A program made the translations under genes and the position numbers. A stretch of 64,000 bases of DNA from Rhodosorus marinus CCMP1338 (lineage: Eukaryota > Plantae > Rhodophyta), in the NCBI GenBank assembly GCA_029953675.1, contig JAMWBK010000008.1, forward strand, positions 1,736,001-1,800,000, given 5' to 3'. Shown in pieces: positions 1 to 8,127 of this stretch. How positions within the stretch are numbered: position 1 is the first letter of the stretch; each line of letters opens with the position of its first letter. Under the pieces are notes generated by a model. That model searched no databases, was not told where the DNA came from, and worked only from the letters and a program-made list of their open reading frames with translations.

Positions 1-863
1 GCTGAAATGCTGCTTTGCTTTTAGACACGCGTCATCAGCGTCTTGTCTCTCGCTTCTCGGGGTAGTTAGCCTCAGAATAAACGTTAAGAAAAAATCGAGT
101 CGGAGAGCCTGGAAGGGTTTTCTTCAACACATGTCATCAGAGTCTTGTCTCTCGCTTCTCAGGGTAGTTAGGCTCTGAATAAACGTGAAGGAGATCATTG
201 TCTCTCGCTTCTCAGGGTAGTTAGGCTCTGAATAAACCAAAAGAAGATCATCATCGACCGGGAGGTGGAGTATGAGGTGCCCCTGCCGGTGGCAACGGCA
301 AATACTGAAGTGGCTGATGCCCCGGTGGTGCAACGGGTGTCGGACCTACTGGTCACTGATCTGAGTCCTCGTCGGAGTGAGTACTTCGACCTTTCTATCC
401 CTTGCCCTCACTCAGGCTGCCAGATCTGGTATACCTGCCAGCGTATGTCTGCTCGACGCCTAGGCGCTGCAGCTCGGTCAATGCGGCAACTCAAGGAATC
501 CCAGTACGCTGCGGCTATGTTAGACTCTACGTTTCGCGATTCGGCATTGTCCTAGCGGTTTGTTCCACTCGTCACAGAGTACTTACGTTTAGTTGATAGT
601 GTAGGTTCTCGTTGGCTTCGTGGCCTCTTTCGGACCAACCCAGGTCGTTTTGATAGCCTGCTCACGGCGCGTTATCAGCGTCTTCTCTCTCGCTTCTCAG
701 GGTATAACTACCCTGAGAAGCGAGAGAGAAGACGCTGATAGGCTCTGAATAAACGGATCGAGATGTCCTTGACCTTGTGGCGCTACAACGCTGCTTTACT
801 GTTGGACGCGCGTCAGCGGCGTCTTGTTTCTCGCTTGTCCGGGTAGTTTGGCTCTGAATAAAC
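1..863 (+). repeat. Five tandem copies of the family A 3' end (consensus GTCTTGTCTCTCGCTTCTCAGGGTAGTTAGGCTCTGAATAAAC)
   Basis: Copies at 1-81, 133-184, 198-237, ~262-754 (RLE remnant with internal deletion) and ~762-863. Each ends in AATAAAC; 5' truncation points differ. Confidence 0.9.
673..740. repeat. Perfect 32-bp inverted repeat (fold-back) with 4-nt loop inside a retroelement 3' end
   Basis: 673-704 TATCAGCGTCTTCTCTCTCGCTTCTCAGGGTA is the exact reverse complement of 709-740; the loop is TAAC. Confidence 0.95.
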
Positions 864-1133
864 GGATCATCAAAGACCCCGAGGGGTCTCATGATCACCA
901 TCATCCGTGGTCTCCCTGCTGGACACCGACCGGACACCGACCCGCATTTATTTGGATGAGTAACTCGTGGGTAGTAATGAAGGCTGGAGCGTCCCGAACC
1001 TAATCTTAGAAATGTATTGAACAAGTTTCGCAAAAACCAAAGGGTTTTAAGGCAGTGATGCTTCTCGCTCGCTTCGTCGTTTTTTTCCTCGAGCCCCGGG
1101 CCGCCTTGACAGCCTCCTCACGGAGCTATAACT

Positions 1134-1256
1134 AGGCTTGTGCGAAGTGGGTTGGGTTTTTCGCAGTTTTCCGACCCAGAAGTGGTTAAACCCGCGAAAA
1201 CAGGGGGATTGAGGGGGATATACAGCCAAAAACCCGACCCACTGTGCACAACCCTA
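1134..1256. mobile_element. ~123-bp hAT-like MITE
   Basis: Imperfect ~28-bp terminal inverted repeats (AGGCTTGTGCGAAGTGGGTTGGGTTTTT / AAAAACCCGACCCACTGTGCACAACCCTA) and an 8-bp target duplication with one mismatch (CTATAACT 1126-1133, CTAAAACT 1257-1264). Removing the insert restores the codon spacing of the host retroelement (T-E-L-x-L-S-L). Confidence 0.75.
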
Positions 1257-1659
1257 CTAAAACTGAGTCTCTAGCGTTCGAATGCTGACTTGTTGTTCGA
1301 CGCGCGTCATCATCATCAGCGTCTCCCCTTTCCGCTCCTCATGGTAGATAGTCTCTGAATAAATTGTTGTTGTTGAACTAAGATATTGCGAGGTAGCTCT
1401 GTCTTGTACGACCTCTCTTTTCGCTTTTTACTAAAGGAGACCGGGCTTAGCTACCAACACTCGCGCATCAAGAATTTTTTTCGTCGCGCAAGCGACTTTT
1501 CCCCGGTTTGCACGCTTCCCTCCCTAGTTCTAAGTTCCTTTTCACGCCTTGCGTAGCTCTTCAGGCTATGCTAATAAAGCCCTACCTAGTTCCTAGTGCC
1601 TTTTAACGGTTTGCGTAGCGCTGTAGGCTATGCTAATTAAGCCAATAAAGCCCAGTACC

Positions 1660-2500
1660 ACCGCCGCTCGCCTCCGCGGCATGGGAGGCCATCTTTCACA
1701 TTTGTGGTTAACGGCCCTGCCGTCATCACTGGGTCACCGTCTGGATGCCTTCCAGTTTCGCTCTGCCGCACGGATTTACCTGGGTTTGCCACAAGCTCCG
1801 TGGCATTTCTAATCGGCCGTCTTTCTGTTAGGGATGTGAGAGTTGGATCGATGCTTGTAGTTACCATTTCTTAGGTTCATGCGGACTGTTGAGAGGTCTT
1901 CGTACGAGGCGTCACACTCGCTTCAAGTACATTCTCAGCGAATGTCTGACTCGGGTAGGGCATACGGTTGAGGTGGAATCGGAACTACCCAGATCGGTCT
2001 CAGATAGGGCACCGCCCCGCTGTATCGCAGATCTCCTCGTCTCCGATGCTGCCGCCAGACGCTCAGCATATGTTGACCTCGCGATTACATGCCCTGTGGC
2101 AAGCGCCCATCTCACGGCTGCCGCCCGTCGCCGGGGAGCAGCTGCTTCGGCCCTTCGGCACGTGAAGGAACGACGGTATGCTGAGAGTATGGCCAGCCTG
2201 CCTCGCGCTGAGGGTCGCTCCCACTGGTTCCAGCCTTTCATTGTGCAAAGCTTTGGCCACGTGGAGAAGTCGGGTTTGGAGTGGTTGCGGAAATGTTTCA
2301 CTGAGCATCCTGTTGAATACTTGGAACTTTTGCGGCGCTTAAGTGTCTCTCTGTGGCGATATTCGAGCAGCATGCTTGCCGAGGCGCGCCATCGGCGCCT
2401 GGGTTTGCACGCTTCCCTACCTAGTTCTTAGTTCCTTTTAACGGTTTGCGTAGCGCTGGAGGCTATGCTAATAAAGCCAGTAGGCTAATAAAGCCTAGTT
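1660..2500 (+). pseudogene. Family B RLE retrotransposon 3' part: CCHC zinc finger plus restriction-like endonuclease, degenerate
   Basis: ARLRGMGG..SHLWLTALP...F..A.R..LG.P, then C*GC..IDA..YHF..SC, then RTRRH...VEVE...RCIADLLV...AYVDLAITCP...KERRY...FQPFIVQSFG...LSVSLWR. The 3' UTR with AATAAAGCC is also present at 1505-1655. Confidence 0.85.
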
Positions 2501-3059
2501 GAACTAGTTTTGCGTTAACTTCTTGCCTTGCAAGCCTCCAATCGGGAAGGCTGATTCCCAGTAACCGTGAACGCTTTACTAAAGAACTCCCTATTGGAGC
2601 TGCCAAGAGGGAATATTCTTTAAAAAACACCGAACGGGTTGTGTGGCTACGCTCTACTAGAGGGCGATCTCATAGTTCCCTTCGTCAATTCGGCGTCCCT
2701 GCTTAGCAAGCAGTGAGTGCACCTTTCCTATGAGTGCTCACTGTTTGAGCGTCGCATGTGCTTCGCTGACTTGTGTGGATTGGTGCTGCAAGTGTAGAGT
2801 CACCTCTTTTAAGAATTGATCAGCTTTGTTTTCCCATCCTCAGGAACGCCTCCACGCAGGAGGGCACAAAAACGTCGTCATTGTGGGCTCCATCGCGTCC
2901 CGGCATTTCAACTCCTTAAACTACTCCGCCTTGTGGGCAGTGTTCCCTGTCTCCCAGGACGCGTTGATTAGGTAGGTCTTTTGCAGCGGCGAGCTCGCTT
3001 AACCCAAAAACTCGCCCTAGACAACGTGCGGTTCATCGCGAGACCCTCCGCTCAGGGTT

Positions 3060-3662
3060 GTGGGGTCTGGGCTAGATGGCGCTGTAACGTTGCCCTAGTT
3101 TTGGAGGCGCGCTCTCTACGCCCTTCCTAGAATAGTTCATTCAGGGACCTTTGCCTCGGGCTAAACCGATTCCGAATATTTGGAAGGCCCTGGTGGTCCC
3201 CGAAGAGTTGCTGATCTTGTCGTTTAGGACGCGGACGGCCCCCGCAAACAAGTACGAAGACCTGACTCCTCCTTGTCCGCTTACCTACGTTACTCGTCTT
3301 CTTCGACTCGAGAGCATCATGCCCCGCCGCAAGGAGATGGTGACCAGGAGGTCCTTACGAACGTCACCACCCTGCAGTCGACTGGGTCACACCGGCTCCT
3401 TCCACTTGTTATTGAGATACTTGGATTCATTAAGAGCTCATGTATGGTCACCTACGGACCTGGTTTTGACTGGATAGCTTTTGTTCTCTTTGGCTTCATG
3501 GCCTGCTTCCAGGCGACCCGGCTCGTCTTGATGGCCTCCTCACGAAGCATCAAGACGAGCCGGTCTTTGATATACTGGCGCTCCAATTCTGCTTCATTGT
3601 TGGACGGGCATCCATCATCAGCTTGTTCTTTCAGGCTTCTCGGGGTAGTTGGCCTCTGAATA
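3060..3662 (+). pseudogene. Two further RLE retroelement 3' fragments (family C end at 3060-3175; degenerate RLE at 3183-3662)
   Basis: WRCNVALVLEARSLRPS* at ~3076-3130; RRVADLVV*D...KYEDLTPPCP...LLPLVIE...YWRSNSASLL in shifted frames, ending GGTAGTTGGCCTCTGAATA. Confidence 0.75.
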
Positions 3663-3989
3663 GAATGTCTCTCCTGAGCAAAAACAAGTCGTAAAAAAGT
3701 ATCTAAAAGTATTTTAAAAATATTAAAATGTGCTGCAGGTATTGCAAAAGTACAGAAAATTATAGAAATGCGAAGCTGGAATTGGAGCATCGACTTTAGC
3801 TCGTCGAGTGGAGAGCTCATCGACTGCCACCCTTGGCAATTGAGCGTTGTGGTTTCATGAATTCCGTTGGTTTCCTGTTGGGTTCGCGAAGTGTTCCGCG
3901 AGCACCCCGACTGGCTTTGCTCGTTGTTAACCCGCTTGAGTTTCCTGTGGTGGCGTATGCAGGCTGCTTTTGTGGGAGAAATGCGTGAC

Positions 3990-4290
3990 CTTCATCAGGT
4001 TATTCAGAGCCTAACTTTCCTGGAAGCGAGAGACCAGACGCTGATGACGCGCGTCTACAAACAAAGCAGCATTTCAGCGCCACAGGGTCAAAAAAAGCTC
4101 CGTGAGCAGACTATCTAGACGCCCTGGGTCGTTGCGAAAGATACCTCGCAGCCAGCGAGAACCTACACTATCTATCAAGCCAAAGCATGCAATAATGAGG
4201 GGGACAAACCGATATGTCGAGAGGTAGGGTTTGACATCGCTGCCGCGTACTGCAATTCTGTAACGTGACCTTCGAGTTCAGTAGTCTTTT
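3990..4290 (-). pseudogene. Family A RLE 3' fragment on the minus strand, tail-to-tail with a family D fragment (3790-3990, +)
   Basis: The reverse complement reads DSVGSRWLRGIFRNDPGRLDSLLTELFLTLWR*NAALFVDARHQRLVSRF and matches 590-700 and 1-81. Confidence 0.85.
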
Positions 4291-4899
4291 TTTCCGCTCG
4301 GGCTTTTTGTTGGTCCCTGAATCAACACATTGATTCATTCAATTTTTTGCGCCCTAACTTTTCCACTTGCAAATTCGGTCCACCTTTACTTCAAACTAAC
4401 TCAACAGCCAAGCCTGCTAGAAAGGTTTTATAGCTGTTTGCTACTGCTTGTAGAAGCCCACTCGAGAGGTAAGAATGTAGAGAACACGACTAGTTACTAC
4501 TGTATTGGCCCTTTCTTGACCTGTTCAGCCGTTCAGGGTTCTTTTCTTGATTTCGTCGATCGTTCACAACTCTCTTATTTCTCTTCGGACAGCTTCCCTT
4601 GCTCTCATCCCGGTGGAAAGTTAGCTTCCCACTTTGCGGACTCGCAACAAACTACATAAATTTCCGCTTTGGCTGTCCTTTTCTTTACCTGAGCGGAGCG
4701 GAGCCGACAATGTCCCAGTTTCCCAAGCACCTGTATTTACGAAACCTTCATTAAAAATTCCATGTCCTCTGATGGAGACGATCGATAGCCCTCACGACCG
4801 CTTAAACACTTTGACTACTTACGCTCCGGCGGGTGAAGTGGGCGTGCTGGCTTTAATACGAGGTCTTGGTGAGGGGCGCCTACCTAGGACTCTCTCCTC

Positions 4900-5640
4900 A
4901 CAACTGGGTGACGTTTTCGAGGAGTTAACGACAGCCATGCGGTAGTGTACTGCGCTCGAAAGCGGTACCCAGCCTCGTTATAGCTCCTGGGAGGAGGTTC
5001 TCTCGCCTTTTTGAGTCCTGCTATCGCAGACTCTCGGGCCGCGGCGAGTTTGGACAACGTCGAGACGGTTGCTGGGAACGGCGCCTGTGTTACTGAAGCC
5101 GAACCTATTGTCGACACTGACGGTATCCTTGCCGCAGACGACGGCGAAGCCCCTGCCTGTTTCGCAGACTACCTAAATGACGAACGCCGAGTGGCTGACC
5201 TCGTGGTGACCTGTAACGATAGCCGCCGTACGACGTACGTTGATCTTGCTGCATCTGATGCTCAGGCTAGTCGTTTTTGCCGGCTGCGGGAGAGCGACGT
5301 GGATTTTTGCGGCTGTCAGTGCGAGACGTCGCGAAGAGTTGAAATAGGCGGGGCCTTTTGTCTTCCCCAGGCATTTGTGCTTCGGATCTAGCTCATCGCC
5401 TGGTACCTCTGGTCGTTGAGTGCTTTGGGTTTTTGGATTACGTTAGCTCCCTTCGGCTTCGGGAGTGTTCGGCGAACGCCCTGACCGTCTCTCCTCGTTG
5501 GTCACCCGTTTAAGTTTCTTGCTGTGGCGTATGAACGCTGCTACTATGATGTTGGAAGCGCGCGACCTTAGCCGCGAGTTGTCGTCTCTTTTCCCTCCAG
5601 GTTTTTGCTTTCAGTCTCCGATTAAACAGCTTCAAATTCA
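4900..5640 (+). pseudogene. Family D RLE retroelement 3' fragment
   Basis: ORF 5011-5391 contains RRVADLVV...TYVDLA; 5465-5695 contains PDRLSSLVTRLSFLLWRMNAA..LEAR, which matches 3867-3990. Confidence 0.75.
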
Positions 5641-5989
5641 GCATAATTCTAGTCTTGTCCAGTTTCTTTGGGGCATAAAATCTAAAAGCGTCTAGATCTA
5701 CGGAGATAATATATCTTATCCGCTCTAAACAGGCTTTTGGAATTATTCTGGTAAACTTTTCCACATAGAAGGAGTATTCAAGGGTCAGTTGGCCTTAGAT
5801 ATAGTTTAAAAGGAATAAAAAGTAGGAAAAGTGGGGTTACATGGTTAAAATTCTGTGGCGGATAGCACACAGCATGGGAGTCAACCTCAACACCCCCAGG
5901 CCCACTTGGATCGGGAACTGTTCTATGATGATGTGCCAAGAAGGCAATACATCGTATACTCGAGTGAGTACACTCGTCCCACGGGATTC

Positions 5990-6230
5990 GTTCGTGAATC
6001 GGACAGAAGTTCTCAGGATCAGCAATGAACAATTGTGATTGGGGAACTATTACACCTACGCTTGGTGTGCTGCCCACGTCACATGCGGAGGTAGCCGTGT
6101 CTCAGAGGACAGAAGCTCTCAGGATCTTCAACGACGCAATTGTATTTTCGAGTTTCCGGGTGACAGCATGCAGCTTCGATCCTACGGTTGGTGTCCGACC
6201 CATGTCGCATGCGGAGGCAACTAGCCGAGT
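5990..6230. repeat. Degenerate internal duplication (offsets 105-125 bp), possibly a decayed repeat-protein gene
   Basis: GGACAGAAG(T/C)TCTCAGGATC at 6002 and 6107; CCTACG(C/G)TTGGTGT..CCCA(C/T)GTC(A/G)CATGCGGAGG at 6056 and 6181. Confidence 0.7.
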
Positions 6231-6316
6231 CACAGAGGGGGGTGGCGCTATGGAAATTCATTCAAGGAAACTAACACGGATGTACGGCAACAGGAATGAG
6301 CGTGTTCGTGGGGTGA

Positions 6317-6493
6317 GAGAGCCATTAAAAGCTTGAAACATCAGCCAGTTTATAAAGTTGAGCTCCGCTAGTCAGAAAATTAATCTAATCAGGGCCCCCG
6401 CCTCATTGAGAGCCATTAAAAACTCGAAACATCAGCCAATTTATAAAAGTTGAGCAAGTCACAAAAATTAATCTAATGAGGGGGGGGAACCTC
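6317..6493. repeat. 91-bp-period tandem direct repeat, 2 copies
   Basis: GAGAGCCATTAAAA...GAAACATCAGCCA.TTTATAAA(A)GTTGAGC...AAAATTAATCTAAT starts at 6317 and again at 6408. Confidence 0.85.
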
Positions 6494-6603
6494 AACGCGC
6501 GAGGGTGCCCATTATCCATGGCCTCGTGCAAACCGAACGTATACTTGCTAATCCCGTGACGCTTAGTCGCTGAGATTGGATCTGAGGGAACCACAGAAAG
6601 TAT

Positions 6604-8127
6604 CTAGAAATAGATTTTGTCTGCTCCTGGACCGCCGTTGATGATATCTCGACCACCACCTAGGGTAATCGTGTCGTCTCCATCCCCGCCAAAAATCGTG
6701 TCATCTCCAGAACCAGTGACGATCTTATCATCACCCTCACCTCCTTCAACCCTATTGTCCCCAACCCTGTCCGTTAGTTTGTCTTCACCGTCCCCGCCAT
6801 AGATTTTGTCATCTCCTTCGCCACCGAAGACATCATCATTTCCATCATCTGCGTAAATAACGTCATCTCCACCACCACCGTAAATCTCGTCCTTGCCCTC
6901 TCCACCCCTAACCCTGTCCACTCCATCTCCTCCTCTGATGTAGTCATTGCCGCTGCCACCGAACAGCTGATCGTAGGTATATCCTGTGTCCCGAACGTCA
7001 TCATCGCCCGCACCGCCTTGTGTGAGATCACGGCCACTTCCAGTTTCAATGATGTCATTACCATCGCCACCATAGTTTGTATTGTTTCCCTCTGAATCCT
7101 TGATCGTGTCATTTCCAGCACCCCCGAAGTTCTTATCGTGCCGTGCGCCACCATCCAAAAAGTCCTTACCACCACCACCATCTAGGGTATCATTATTACC
7201 CTCGCCGAAGAGGGAATCTGAACCGGATTCCCCAAATATCTGGTCCTGACCATCACCACCGTAAACAATGTCGTCTCCGGAACCGGCGTAGATCTTATCG
7301 TTTCCACCAAGGCCATAGATGAGATCGTTGCCGTTGGTCCCGAAGATAATATCATCGCCTTCGGTTCCGAAGATGATGTTGTCGATTCCCGGAGGAAGCG
7401 ATGGTTGTGGCTTTCGAGTCGGTGATGGTGACGGAGCCTGAGTCTCTTGCGGAGGGTCAGTAGGATTTGGATTATACGATGTTACAGTGGGAGTCGAGGT
7501 AGGTTCAGGATCGGGAGGATCCCGGCAGGCAAATGGAACCTGACAAAATAGTTCGTCGTCACCATATGTTCTACACTCTTTGCTGGAGGTGTAGAGCCAA
7601 ACCGTCGCTCCTGTAGGGCTTGACGCCTTCACCTGCACTGCAAGGCACGCTTTCGTATTGCAGCAGCTGTCAGCAGTCGACTCGATCTGATCTAAACAGA
7701 TGAGAATTCGATCTTTCGGGTCTGGATCGGTCCTTACATCCTTCACGATCGGATGGCGGGCACTGCCCGTGGGAAGATTGTTGTTGCAATTCTCGAAGAC
7801 CCCGGCATATATCTTCTTAATTTTTATGCCATCGTTAGTTTGGAAGTTCACCCGCATACAAGGACCACGACCAGAGACTTCCCTGTTAACAATGCAATAA
7901 GAGCCCAGCTTTACATTATTTTCATCTCTCAAACTCGAACACAAGGCGCGGAAGAATCCGTTATGCGCAGAACGGTAACCAGCCCTGCACGTCCCCGCAA
8001 CGCCTCTCGCTGCAGGAAGCAACTCAACATCCGTCGAATCCAGGCCTCTCTGTCCTACCCTGACACCTCCAATATCAGAAACGCCCAACACCAAAACCAC
8101 AACAAACGCAACACCCAACTTGCCCAT
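6604..8127 (-). CDS. Secreted protein: signal peptide, 12-Cys domain, Pro/Thr linker and ~28 RTX/hemolysin-type Ca2+-binding nonapeptide repeats
   Basis: 507-aa intronless ORF. Hydrophobic N-terminus MGKLGVAFVVVLVLGVS; uninterrupted GGxGxDxUx repeats (e.g. GGDGQDQIF, GGAGNDTIK, GGEGDDKIY) run to the C-terminus. Confidence 0.9.
   Translation of the reverse strand: MGKLGVAFVVVLVLGVSDIGGVRVGQRGLDSTDVELLPAARGVAGTCRAGYRSAHNGFFRALCSSLRDENNVKLGSYCIVNREVSGRGPCMRVNFQTNDGIKIKKIYAGVFENCNNNLPTGSARHPIVKDVRTDPDPKDRILICLDQIESTADSCCNTKACLAVQVKASSPTGATVWLYTSSKECRTYGDDELFCQVPFACRDPPDPEPTSTPTVTSYNPNPTDPPQETQAPSPSPTRKPQPSLPPGIDNIIFGTEGDDIIFGTNGNDLIYGLGGNDKIYAGSGDDIVYGGDGQDQIFGESGSDSLFGEGNNDTLDGGGGKDFLDGGARHDKNFGGAGNDTIKDSEGNNTNYGGDGNDIIETGSGRDLTQGGAGDDDVRDTGYTYDQLFGGSGNDYIRGGDGVDRVRGGEGKDEIYGGGGDDVIYADDGNDDVFGGEGDDKIYGGDGEDKLTDRVGDNRVEGGEGDDKIVTGSGDDTIFGGDGDDTITLGGGRDIINGGPGADKIYF

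Larger units (their letters stand above)
1..5700 (+). mobile_element. Cluster of 5'-truncated RLE-type (CRE-like) non-LTR retrotransposon 3' ends, several families, mostly head-to-tail
   Basis: A recurrent ORF C-terminus L[ST]L.LWR.NAA.LL[DE]AR is followed by a stop and AATAAA. The longer copies carry RLE motifs (E...R.ADL.V...Y.DL.I..P...K..RY) and a CCHC-like finger. At least 12 + strand ends and one - strand end (3990-4290). Confidence 0.85.

Noticed and set aside
25-60. Hammerhead ribozyme (CTGATGA on the minus strand of family A ends)
   Set aside because: No stem II followed by GAAA and no cleavage triplet geometry; the motif is explained by the codons R-H-Q on the plus strand.
1-240. 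CRISPR-like array (constant repeat with variable spacers)
   Set aside because: Repeats vary in length at the 5' side, translate as the end of the RLE ORF and carry AATAAA; the context is eukaryotic with no cas genes.
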